Positions 1 to 8,437 of a stretch of DNA of 31,779 bases are shown piece by piece. Source of the stretch: a virus (Duplodnaviria > Caudoviricetes). The stretch is taken from IMG/VR virus record IMGVR_UViG_3300037501_000232, positions 1 to 31,779 of that record; one strand, 5' to 3'. The notes beneath the pieces were generated by a model. That model did no database searches and had not been told where the DNA came from. It saw only the letters and a program-made list of their open reading frames with translations. Position 1 is the first letter of the stretch, and every line of letters starts with the position of its first letter. The position numbers and the translations under genes are program-made.

Positions 1-28
1 GGATCGTCAGGCGGGTCGCTGACCTTCT

Positions 29-271
29 TCACTGGCTGCCCGACCTCTCTTGTTGCCACTCGTAGAGCCCCATTTCCTCCGTCAGTCGGGTCAGCTCCTG
101 GCAGGCGTCAGACGACCTGGCTTCGGCGATGGCCTTCAGGATGATGCCCTTCGCCAATTCTCGCAGGTGTTCCTGCGTCTGGCCCCAGCCCTCGGTGGCG
201 CGGGTCGATTGTACCCGCGCCAATTCTTCGGCCCACTTGTCAGTGATGCGCCCATCGCTCCTTGACGACAT
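29..271 (-). CDS. hypothetical protein (80 aa)
   Basis: ATG at 271 overlaps the TGA of the upstream gene (TGATG); its stop overlaps a GTG of a gene running off the left edge. Confidence 0.6.
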   Translation of the reverse strand: MSSRSDGRITDKWAEELARVQSTRATEGWGQTQEHLRELAKGIILKAIAEARSSDACQELTRLTEEMGLYEWQQERSGSQ

Positions 272-645
272 CAATTCACCGTCTTCTTTCGCTCTTCCTC
301 GAGCTTCTTGAGCTCGCCATGCGTGATGTTGCCCATGCACCAGGTGCAGCCGGCCGGCTGCACGACGACCAGCGAGTAGTAGTGGACGCCCAGTCGCTTG
401 AGGACATCCTTGACCTCCTCGAGTGCCTTGCTCTGCGTAACCTGGTCCTCCTCCTTATCGCTCTTGGGCACCTTCGCCATCGAGAGGGCGACCAACGTCG
501 CCAGGTTCTCGTCGTTGTGCAGCGCCAGCGTGTTGCCCAATGAGCCCACCCGCCAGTTGCGGCGGACCAGGCGACCGACGAGCTGCTCGGTGTAGCTGTC
601 GCTGATCGCCGTCACCCACACGTAGAACATCACCTCGCCGGGCAT
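271..645 (-). CDS. hypothetical protein
   Basis: ORF with start re-assigned to ATG 645 (MPGEVMFY), preceded by a GGAG/GAGG RBS; GC-rich third positions. Confidence 0.7.
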   Translation of the reverse strand: MPGEVMFYVWVTAISDSYTEQLVGRLVRRNWRVGSLGNTLALHNDENLATLVALSMAKVPKSDKEEDQVTQSKALEEVKDVLKRLGVHYYSLVVVQPAGCTWCMGNITHGELKKLEEERKKTVN

Positions 646-649
646 TGCC

Positions 650-1099
650 TCACTCCCTGTTGAGGTGACGGGTCGACGGGGCGACGTAGGTACCGGTGAA
701 GGCACCCGAGTCTCCGACGGGCTCGACGCTGACCATCATGTTCCTGCCCAGGTAGTGCTCGCGGTAGTACGCGGCGTGGTAGACGGGTTCCTCGCCCTCG
801 TCGCGGGCGACCGTCAGTCCTTCGAGTTCCTTGCCCCAGCCGCCGTAGCCGACGAAGCTGTCGAGGTCGATGGTGCGGTAGCCCAATGCCGCGTAATCGC
901 GTTCGGCTTCCTCCCACGCCTTCAGCATGCCCTCGAAGCCGATGCACTCGCCCATGTAGATCATGGAGACGACGTCGCCGAACACGGCGCCGGCGTCGAC
1001 GTAGCGCTGGACGACCTCGTCGTCGTAGCGCGCCGCCACCTTCGTCTTGGGCTCATACTTGAAACCGAGCCATCGCTTGAAGCGTTCCCAACGGGTCAT
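650..1099 (-). CDS. hypothetical protein (149 aa)
   Basis: Clean ORF in the gene string, GGAG upstream, typical codon bias. Confidence 0.75.
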   Translation of the reverse strand: MTRWERFKRWLGFKYEPKTKVAARYDDEVVQRYVDAGAVFGDVVSMIYMGECIGFEGMLKAWEEAERDYAALGYRTIDLDSFVGYGGWGKELEGLTVARDEGEEPVYHAAYYREHYLGRNMMVSVEPVGDSGAFTGTYVAPSTRHLNRE

Positions 1100-1296
1100 G
1101 CTCGCCTGATCTCCTGGTTGATGAGTGCGGTCAGCTCGCTACCCGCTAGGCCCGCTTTGATGCCTTCATCAACGCGGAACAGGCTAAGCAGGTGTCGTTA
1201 CCTCATCTCGCTTACAGTGCGACGCTGCTTGATGACCTGAATGATGTGAGTCACTAACATCGCCAGCAGGAAGGCGAATAGGATGAAGGGCGACAT
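1096..1296 (-). pseudogene. small membrane protein with internal TAA (or a 32-aa peptide)
   Basis: MSPFILFAFLLAMLVTHIIQVIKQRRTVSEMR*RHLLSLFRVDEG...EIRRA*; frame continues past TAA at 1198-1200 to a TGA overlapping the next ATG. Confidence 0.45.
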
Positions 1297-1305
1297 TTCT
1301 GCCTC

Positions 1306-1334
1306 ACCCTACACTGGAGGGGTGAGGATGTGCA
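1306..1334 (-). promoter_or_regulatory. sigma70-like promoter TGCACA-N17-TAGGGT
   Basis: Same spacing as four other copies; 9 nt upstream of ATG 1296. Confidence 0.6.
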
Positions 1335-1340
1335 CTGCGA

Positions 1341-1610
1341 CTACTTTTTGGGCTTCTTCGGCGAGGCCACGCCCGACAGCTTGCCCCACACCTCGAACGG
1401 GATCATCTTGAGCGCTGTCATTGAGATGTCAATGTCCTTGATGAACTGCTCGAGTCCCGCCTGGTCGGTGATCTCGCCCGAGGCGACGTGGTCGGCGATC
1501 AGCTGCTGCAGCTTCTCGCGCACGCGTTCCTTCTTCATGTACTCCGGCGACGCGGCGATCTTGCCCGCCTCGCGGATAGTGCGTCGGAGCTGGCCCAGCG
1601 TGAGCTTCAT
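1341..1610 (-). CDS. hypothetical protein, probable virion/internal protein
   Basis: N-terminus MKLTLGQLRRTIREA carries the shared motif; TAGTTA box 5 nt upstream. Confidence 0.7.
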   Translation of the reverse strand: MKLTLGQLRRTIREAGKIAASPEYMKKERVREKLQQLIADHVASGEITDQAGLEQFIKDIDISMTALKMIPFEVWGKLSGVASPKKPKK

Positions 1611-1615
1611 GCTGG

Positions 1616-1621
1616 TAACTA
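1616..1621 (-). promoter_or_regulatory. putative late promoter box TAGTTA
   Basis: 5 nt before ATG 1610; overlaps the TAG stop of the upstream gene. Confidence 0.6.
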
Positions 1622-2362
1622 GGTGGTCAGCAGCCCGTCGATGAACGCCAGCGTCTCGGCTGGACCCGACACTGACACCGTCGCGATGCCCGTCGCCTTG
1701 ACCGGGAAGTCATTGCCGCCGGGAAACAGGGCATCGCCGACGAAGATCATCTCCGAGATCGGGATGCCCAGCTGGCGCTCGATCTGCTCGATGCCGTACT
1801 TCTTGTCGATGCCCTTCTTGGTCACGTCGATCGACGTCGACCCTCCGGTCCTGACCTCGAACTCCGGCAGCAGCTGGACCAGGCGCTCCATGACGATCAA
1901 CCGCTTCTCGAACGTGGGATCCCACGCCTTCTTGGCGGACACCGGTGCCTGCTGGCCCAGGGCGCTGAAGGTCACCTGGGTGCCCCTGTCCTCCAACTGC
2001 GGGCCCCACGTCTTTCTAGGCTGCACGAATTTGGTGTTGGCGAACGCCTGCTTGAATGCGGCAATGATCCGGTCGCGGTCGTCGGGCGGCAGCACCTCGG
2101 CATACATCGCCTGCCAGGCACCGTCAACGTGGAGGTAGAAGCTGGTCGCGCTGGTCGGAAACAGGTACAGCCGCGATGCCTCTTCCTTGGCGAGGTCGAG
2201 GTACGCCAACAGTTGCCCCTGGAACTGTGGCCAGGCGCCGCCCGAGATGACGGCAACGTCGTGGGTGCGCAGCAACCTCCTCAGGCGATCGCCCATGTCA
2301 GGCTTCAGTGCCTGTTTGCTCTCGACCAACGTGCCGTCGAGGTCAAAGACGACGCACTTCAT
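1619..2362 (-). CDS. phosphomannomutase, HAD-IIB (eukaryotic PMM-like)
   Basis: FDLDGT motif I, SGG, EDRGTQVTFS, GGSTSIDV, K, and FVGDALFPGGND motif IV. Confidence 0.9.
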   Translation of the reverse strand: MKCVVFDLDGTLVESKQALKPDMGDRLRRLLRTHDVAVISGGAWPQFQGQLLAYLDLAKEEASRLYLFPTSATSFYLHVDGAWQAMYAEVLPPDDRDRIIAAFKQAFANTKFVQPRKTWGPQLEDRGTQVTFSALGQQAPVSAKKAWDPTFEKRLIVMERLVQLLPEFEVRTGGSTSIDVTKKGIDKKYGIEQIERQLGIPISEMIFVGDALFPGGNDFPVKATGIATVSVSGPAETLAFIDGLLTT

Positions 2363-2895
2363 GTCAAGACGTCCGGCAGCTTGATCGAATTGACCTTGGC
2401 CTTACTGCCGTCGGGCAGCGTGATCAGGGTCGCGTCCTGCAGGGCGATCTCATCGGATTCCTGCTGCAGCTCGGCCGCGAGCTCGGCGACCGGATTCGCC
2501 GGTGCTGGCTTGGCCTTGCGGCCCTTGGTGGCCACGTCCGGTGGTGTTCCTGGCGACTTTTTCAGCAGGGTCAACGGGTCATCGCTGGGCGCCTCGAACG
2601 AGTTCGGGTACCATTCCTTGGCCTTCTGCACCGCGGCATCGACCTGACGAGCAATGATCGCCGTCACGCGCTCGATCAACACCGCCTTGGCGCGGTCCGA
2701 TGAGTCGAAGATCTCGCCGTCCACCTCGGTGATCAGCAATTGGGCCTTGGGGTCGGTACCGCCGCGAACCATGTAGCTCGTCACCTCGCCATCCAGCGTA
2801 CGTTTGACAAGTTCTTCAACAATTTGCATTGGATAGATACGAGTTTCTTTCCTCAAAACAACGTAGATGACTTGACCAATTTTGTATGATGTCAT
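2359..2895 (-). CDS. hypothetical protein (178 aa)
   Basis: ATGA-coupled on both sides; first ~30 codons AT-rich, remainder GC-rich. Confidence 0.75.
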   Translation of the reverse strand: MTSYKIGQVIYVVLRKETRIYPMQIVEELVKRTLDGEVTSYMVRGGTDPKAQLLITEVDGEIFDSSDRAKAVLIERVTAIIARQVDAAVQKAKEWYPNSFEAPSDDPLTLLKKSPGTPPDVATKGRKAKPAPANPVAELAAELQQESDEIALQDATLITLPDGSKAKVNSIKLPDVLT

Positions 2896-3476
2896 CGTTG
2901 GCCTCGTCTGGACTTGCTGATATTTGCTCGATGTTCATTTGAGAAAATTTTGCCTTTGTGCGCCTCAGACATCTTTGCTTTTGTTTCTTCAGAGTGAACT
3001 ACACCCGTTTTCGACTCGCTAATCTTTCGCTTGTGTTCATCAGAGAATTTCATACCTTTACGTGCTTCGCTGATCTTTCGCTTGTGCTCTTCAGAGAGCT
3101 TTCGGCCCCTTAAAGCGTTACGAAGTTTTTCGTTACCTGTCAATGCCCTAGAAAGACGTTTACGAGATTCATCAGTCGCACGAAATCCCTCGCCTCCCAT
3201 TGTCATGTTGTAACCAAGCTCAGGTTCAAACGTTCGATATTCCAGGATGAAGCGTTGTTCAAGTTCAAGTGCCTCATCCTCAGATTCAACGGTCGCGAGA
3301 ACATCGTGTTGCCATGCATCTTTTCCATAGGCCACAATTGCACGATGAAAATGAAGGTGAGGACGTTTTTCAGCTTCCCAACAGTGGGCGCGCCATCGTT
3401 CTTCCCAAGTTTTAGACGTCTGACCAACGTATCGTTTTCCATTGATGTTACATGTGTGCATATACACGACGTACAT
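2892..3476 (-). mobile_element. free-standing GIY-YIG homing endonuclease with NUMOD3 repeats
   Basis: VVYMH..NGKRYVGQT, R, E, GYNMTMGGEG, repeated SEEHKRKIS; low GC. Confidence 0.9.
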
Positions 3477-3481
3477 GATAG

Positions 3482-3487
3482 TAACTA
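3482..3487 (-). promoter_or_regulatory. putative late promoter box TAGTTA
   Basis: 5 nt before ATG 3476. Confidence 0.6.
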
Positions 3488-3512
3488 TCTAAGAAAACGT
3501 CTTCTTACTTCA

Positions 3513-3881
3513 TCACTCCTCACCCTTTCCGGCATCGTCGGACCCGAAAAGGTCGCCCTCTTCCTTGGTCTTCTCTGTCACCTGAACGGGCTCGTGGGCC
3601 AGCTCGAAGACGCCGACGGGCGGCGCGCCCGAGGCAGCGACGACGAAGTCAGGCGCGTCATCGTCCATGGGCAGTTCGGCTTCAGCGCAGGCCCGCGCCA
3701 ACTTCTGCCACAAGCGGGCCTCGACCAAGCTGCGGTCCTGCGACAGCGCTAGCCGTTGGCTCAGCGTCTCTCTCATCTCGGTGGGCAACATCACCGAGAA
3801 CAGGTCACGCAGGTGCAGCAGCTCGAACTTGGTCAGTCGCACCGTGAACGTCTTGCGTCGCTTGATCTCGGGGTCGCCCAT
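3513..3881 (-). CDS. hypothetical protein (122 aa)
   Basis: Clean ORF directly downstream of a sigma70-like promoter. Confidence 0.75.
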   Translation of the reverse strand: MGDPEIKRRKTFTVRLTKFELLHLRDLFSVMLPTEMRETLSQRLALSQDRSLVEARLWQKLARACAEAELPMDDDAPDFVVAASGAPPVGVFELAHEPVQVTEKTKEEGDLFGSDDAGKGEE

Positions 3882-3887
3882 GTCCCC

Positions 3888-3913
3888 ATCCTACCTTGCC
3901 CGAGGACGTGTGT

Positions 3914-3916
<3 letters not shown>
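3888..3916 (-). promoter_or_regulatory. sigma70-like promoter TGAACA-N17-TAGGAT
   Basis: -10 box 6 nt before ATG 3881 (leaderless geometry). Confidence 0.65.
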
Positions 3917-4514
<598 letters not shown>

Positions 4515-4543
<29 letters not shown>

Positions 4544-4811
4544 CCGAGTTGAGGGCGTTGATGATCATCTTGCGGTCGGTCGGGCCGATAATCTCGACCC
4601 GCCTGTCGACCAAGTCGTGCGGTGGTGGTGCTGCTCGCCAGTTGCTCGACACTCCCACGAACTTGAACGGCTTCTTGCGGACCCGTCGGGCAACGTTGAC
4701 CTGCCACCAGGCCTCTTCGCCGAACTTCAACACCAGCTCTTTGATGAACTGCAGTGCCTCTGTCGTCAGTACTCTGTTGTGTCCGTCGCCCCGTTCGGTG
4801 ATCGTGATCAT
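4515..4811 (-). pseudogene. aceB: malate synthase A, N-terminal fragment
   Basis: [39 protein letters not shown], then an abrupt switch into aceA sequence out of frame. Confidence 0.85.
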
Positions 4812-4829
4812 GTCATGTGGTGTCCTGGT

Positions 4830-5114
4830 TCAGCTCGCCGGATTGGTCAGCGCCTCCATGAAGAGGTCGAAGGTATCCTTGTGCTGCACGCCCTGTTGGA
4901 TTCTCAACACCTTCAGCGCAGCCTGGAGGGTCTTCATGTCGAGCTTGTCGGAGTACTCCTCAATGAGTTCCTTGCGGTCCTCCTTGAGCTGCTCGATCTC
5001 GTTGTCGACGTTTGACACCCGATCGATGAACTCCTGGACGAGGGCGCGGAGGGCATTGACCTCATCGGGTTGCATCGAAGCCACGTTGTATTGCTTGGGG
5101 GCTTGCTTGGCCAT
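4830..5114 (-). CDS. DsbA/GapR (DUF2312)-like dsDNA-binding protein
   Basis: EFIDRVSNVDNEIEQLKEDRKELIEEY..LDMKTLQAALKVLR pattern; start at 5114 inferred from promoter. Confidence 0.65.
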   Translation of the reverse strand: MAKQAPKQYNVASMQPDEVNALRALVQEFIDRVSNVDNEIEQLKEDRKELIEEYSDKLDMKTLQAALKVLRIQQGVQHKDTFDLFMEALTNPAS

Positions 5115-5121
5115 GTCAAGC

Positions 5122-5150
5122 ATCCTACACCCTCGGGCGGAGCTGTTTCA
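5122..5150 (-). promoter_or_regulatory. sigma70-like promoter TGAAAC-N17-TAGGAT
   Basis: -10 box 7 nt before ATG 5114. Confidence 0.6.
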
Positions 5151-5152
5151 GC

Positions 5153-6184
5153 CTATAGGTCTTTGATCTTGCTGATGACGCTGGCGTAGTCCCGGACGTA
5201 GGGGTGGTCCTGCGGCACGCCGGCGGCGACGGCGGCCTTGACCTGCCCCTCGAGCTGCTTGGTGTAGAACTCCTGCATGCCCCTCTTGACGCTCTGCAAC
5301 AGCTGTTGTTCGGCCCTCTGGCGCTCCTGCTGCGGCACCTGCTGCAGCTTGTCCATGCCTGGCAGCTTCTTGCCCAGCTTGCGCTGCAGGTCGTCCAGCG
5401 ACTTGGCCGCCAGCACCGCCTGTGCCTGCTCGAAGACGCGCTTGAGCGTGCCCTGCACCAGCTCCTGGCCCGCCTTCGACATCTGTTGGACCTTTTGGCT
5501 ATTTGCCAGGACCTTCTTGACCTTCTCGTGGTCCACCAACTTGGCGAGCTTGTCGACCTTACCCCCGCCATCCTTTTCGTCGCCCTTCTCGCGCAACACC
5601 GACTCGATGGGCATGCCGGGACCCGACGGCGACCCGCCGACCTTGCTCGGGGCCTCGGGCTTGAGGATGCCGCCCAACACCCGGTCCAGGCTGCCGCCCG
5701 ACAACACGCTGAGCAGCTTCGCCGCCGCCTTGGGCGCCTTGCGGGCGAACTGCGCCGTCATGAACAGGTCGGGCCGGTACATGAACGCGGCGACCAGGAC
5801 GTCCATCTCCTTGAAGGCGTCCCACGTCGCCTGGTAGACGTCGGCGTACTCGGAACGGATCTGGTCGATCTTTTCCTTCTCCTCGGCGAAGATCTCGCCG
5901 TAGCTGTCCTTCAGGATCGGGATCAACGTCGTCGCCAGCGATTCAAAGGCGACCTTCAACAGTGTCTGGCCCTTCTGCGACAGCTCCTTGGTCTTGCCCG
6001 CGGCAACACCGGCGACGTCGGCGAAAGGCTTGACGAAGATGTTGTACATCTGGTCCTGGCTCGCGAAGTGCATGCCGTAGGGGGCACCGGCCATGACGTC
6101 GCCGAAGCCACCGTAGCCGTCGTCCTCCTTCAACATCTCCTGGATGCACTCGCGGAGCAGCAGTCTGGCACGAAGGGCGCTCAT
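5153..6184 (-). CDS. hypothetical helical protein, probable virion/internal protein (343 aa)
   Basis: Leader LLLRECIQEMLKE; TATTTA box upstream. Confidence 0.75.
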   Translation of the reverse strand: MSALRARLLLRECIQEMLKEDDGYGGFGDVMAGAPYGMHFASQDQMYNIFVKPFADVAGVAAGKTKELSQKGQTLLKVAFESLATTLIPILKDSYGEIFAEEKEKIDQIRSEYADVYQATWDAFKEMDVLVAAFMYRPDLFMTAQFARKAPKAAAKLLSVLSGGSLDRVLGGILKPEAPSKVGGSPSGPGMPIESVLREKGDEKDGGGKVDKLAKLVDHEKVKKVLANSQKVQQMSKAGQELVQGTLKRVFEQAQAVLAAKSLDDLQRKLGKKLPGMDKLQQVPQQERQRAEQQLLQSVKRGMQEFYTKQLEGQVKAAVAAGVPQDHPYVRDYASVISKIKDL

Positions 6185-6187
6185 CTC

Positions 6188-6415
6188 CTAGCTAAATAGG
6201 ACGGGGCGCCCGGACATCTCGGACCAACGTGCCGCCACCAGTCGCTCGAAATCATTAGTGCGCTGCCTCTTGGTCACCGGGTCTCGGGTTGAGAACAGCG
6301 CCCGGTCGTCGGGGTGCAGGGCCTTCAGCAGCTCCTTCTTGATGACCAGCCAGTCGTCAACGTGGCCGGCGTAGGAGTGGACGAAGGCCAGCGCTTCAGC
6401 GATCCTTGGGTTCAT
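6188..6415 (-). CDS. hypothetical protein (75 aa)
   Basis: Start re-assigned to ATG 6415 (MNPRIAEAL), overlapping the end of the NUDIX gene. Confidence 0.6.
   Translation of the reverse strand: MNPRIAEALAFVHSYAGHVDDWLVIKKELLKALHPDDRALFSTRDPVTKRQRTNDFERLVAARWSEMSGRPVLFS
6193..6198 (-). promoter_or_regulatory. putative late promoter box TATTTA
   Basis: CCTATTTAG, 8 nt before ATG 6184; identical 9-mer at 13515-13523 and 18024-18032. Confidence 0.6.
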
Positions 6416-6851
6416 CGAGGTGTGCCCGCAGCAGCTCGATCGCTTTGGCGATGAGGGGCTGTTGGTAGACGTGGATCCTGGGCAGCTGGTCGATAGGGAT
6501 CCAGCGTGCATCGGCGACCTCACTGTCGGGGTCGTCGTGGGCGGGCTCGGCCCGTGGGTCCAGGGGCTGGGCTAGGTACGACACTACCGTCTTGTCCTCA
6601 TTCTTGAAGTAGGTGGCGCAGTCGGGCAGCCTGGCACCCAACCTCACCGCCACGCCCGTCTCTTCCCTGACTTCGCGTAGGGCACACTCGACGAGCGTCT
6701 CCCCCGCATCCATGTGGCCCTTGGGGATTCCCCACGAGTCCTTGTGCTCGAACTGCTTGATGAGCAGCAGTTCCAGCCTCCCCTCGTTCACGCGCCAGGT
6801 GACGGCACCGCACGACGTCGTCTTCCTGCGCTCCTTGTTCTTCTTGCTCAT
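6396..6851 (-). CDS. NUDIX hydrolase (Ap4A hydrolase/MutT-like)
   Basis: SCGAV, WGIPKGHMDAGETLVECALREVREETG Nudix box. Confidence 0.92.
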   Translation of the reverse strand: MSKKNKERRKTTSCGAVTWRVNEGRLELLLIKQFEHKDSWGIPKGHMDAGETLVECALREVREETGVAVRLGARLPDCATYFKNEDKTVVSYLAQPLDPRAEPAHDDPDSEVADARWIPIDQLPRIHVYQQPLIAKAIELLRAHLDEPKDR

Positions 6852-6854
6852 GCC

Positions 6855-6860
6855 TAGTTA
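6855..6860 (+). promoter_or_regulatory. putative late promoter box TAGTTA (plus strand)
   Basis: Same box in plus orientation, 30 nt before the plus-strand gene at 6891. Confidence 0.55.
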
Positions 6861-6890
6861 CTACCACAGTAACGCAAGGATTGACACCAG

Positions 6891-7568
6891 ATGGCAAAGA
6901 TCGGCATCGTCCCCATGTCCGCCAAGCCTTACCATGCCGGCCACGATGGCCTCATTCGGCTCGCCGCAAAGGAAAATGATGAAGTCCACCTCTACGTGTC
7001 GACCTCCGACCGCGACGAGGTCAGCGGACAGGCGATGGCCAAGATCTGGAAGGACCAGATCGAGCACACGCTGCCCGGCAACGTCAAGGTGGAGTACGGC
7101 GGGTCTCCTGTTCTCAAGGCGTTCCAGGACATCGGCAAGGCCTCCGAGGCAAACTCGCCCGATGCCTACTCGATCTACTCGGACCCAGAGGACGCGGCGA
7201 TCAACTTCTCCGATGACAAGTTGCAGAAGTACGCTGCAAACCTGCACGCCGCAGGCCGCGTCAAGACCCGACCGGTCGAACGCACGTCGACCGTCGACGT
7301 CAGCGGCACCAAGATGCGCGGCTTCCTCGCCAATGGCGACAAGAAGTCATTCCTCAAGTTCCTGCCCCCGGGCCTCGATGGCGAGGCGGTGTGGAACACC
7401 TTGACCACGGTGAAGCCCGAGGCCAAGGGGAAGGACAAGAAGGGCACAGGAAAACTCGCACCGGCAAGGACAGCGGCAACCAAGGCACCCGCCAAGAAAG
7501 GTACCAAGAAGCCCTTGAAGGGTGAGGCGTTGCTACGCGGCTACGTCCGCACCGTGTTGGGCGGCTGA
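6891..7568 (+). CDS. cytidylyltransferase-like (HxGH) nucleotidyltransferase
   Basis: KPYHAGH and VSGTKMR motifs of the CTP_transf-like/NMNAT/PPAT superfamily; Lys-rich tail ending GEALLRGYVRTVL. Confidence 0.85.
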   Translation: MAKIGIVPMSAKPYHAGHDGLIRLAAKENDEVHLYVSTSDRDEVSGQAMAKIWKDQIEHTLPGNVKVEYGGSPVLKAFQDIGKASEANSPDAYSIYSDPEDAAINFSDDKLQKYAANLHAAGRVKTRPVERTSTVDVSGTKMRGFLANGDKKSFLKFLPPGLDGEAVWNTLTTVKPEAKGKDKKGTGKLAPARTAATKAPAKKGTKKPLKGEALLRGYVRTVLGG

Positions 7569-8399
7569 CAGCGTCGCCTTGAGCCGGTCCCAAAGGTAGC
7601 CGCGCTTTAGCGCGTACTTGGGACCGCACTTCGTCACGCACACGATGTCCCAGGCGGCATCGAAGTCGCCTTTGGGCAGGTGGAGCGACCCGTTGCGGGT
7701 GGTGCAGTCGATTGCCTTGAGCGCCGCGAACACCGTTGAGGGCCTGATGGCAGCCAATAGCGATCGTCGGATGTCTTCGGGCAGGTGACCGTAGATGACG
7801 TTTCTCGTTACCTCGCCCGTGAACAACGCGATGCGGACATCTTCAGGCAACCCCTTGAATATACCCGATTCAGCGCTGGTTCCCATCCACACGCTGTAGG
7901 CCTTGCGCCCGGCCTTGCCGGCTTGGATCGTCTGCAGCTGCAGCGTGCCGTTCTGGCCGCGGCCCTGCACATTCTTGGCCTCAACACCGTTCTCAGGCAG
8001 GTCGACTTCCTCCGTCGTCGACTTGGCAGGCGGTAGGCCGTAGTAGTCGCGCAGCGACGCCTCGCCCCTGCCTTCGTGCGGGGCCAGCTCCTTATGCCAC
8101 AGTTCATATTGCTTGGGCGACCACAATCGACTGTCTGCTGCCTGGATCAGGTGGACGACGTCCCACGGCGTGATCTTGAGCTCTTTCCATGCCGCCAGCT
8201 TCTTCCGTGCTGTCTTCAGGCGGCTCTTAGCGTTGTCCAATCGTCTCTTTTCTTCGAGCGTCCGCTTTCGCTTGACGGTGCCGCCGTACAACCTGATGCC
8301 GGCAATCTCGGCGATGATGGTCTCGAGGGCGACAACATCCGCCTCGAGCTTCGTCAACCTGTCCCTATACGTCGTCGTCTCGGTGTAGGGGATGACCAT
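7533..8399 (-). CDS. putative PD-(D/E)XK nuclease-like protein with N-terminal coiled coil
   Basis: GRGE..L...VDL....VEAK; colinear similarity to 8438..9568. Confidence 0.55.
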   Translation of the reverse strand: MVIPYTETTTYRDRLTKLEADVVALETIIAEIAGIRLYGGTVKRKRTLEEKRRLDNAKSRLKTARKKLAAWKELKITPWDVVHLIQAADSRLWSPKQYELWHKELAPHEGRGEASLRDYYGLPPAKSTTEEVDLPENGVEAKNVQGRGQNGTLQLQTIQAGKAGRKAYSVWMGTSAESGIFKGLPEDVRIALFTGEVTRNVIYGHLPEDIRRSLLAAIRPSTVFAALKAIDCTTRNGSLHLPKGDFDAAWDIVCVTKCGPKYALKRGYLWDRLKATLSAAQHGADVAA

Positions 8400-8407
8400 G
8401 TTGGTCC

Positions 8408-8436
8408 ACCTTACCCCGACGACATCGACAAGTTCA
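8408..8436 (-). promoter_or_regulatory. sigma70-like promoter TGAACT-N17-TAAGGT
   Basis: -10 box 8 nt before ATG 8399. Confidence 0.6.
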
Positions 8437-8437
8437 C

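Noticed and set aside
2930-3100. Short nucleotide repeats (e.g. ATCTTTCGCTTGTG twice) as a CRISPR or repeat array
   Set aside because: They encode NUMOD3 protein repeats; no spacer structure or cas genes
6396-7568. NAD reconstitution pathway (NARP1/NARP2)
   Set aside because: No Nampt, Namat or PRPP-synthetase-like partner in the window; HxGH substrate cannot be assigned
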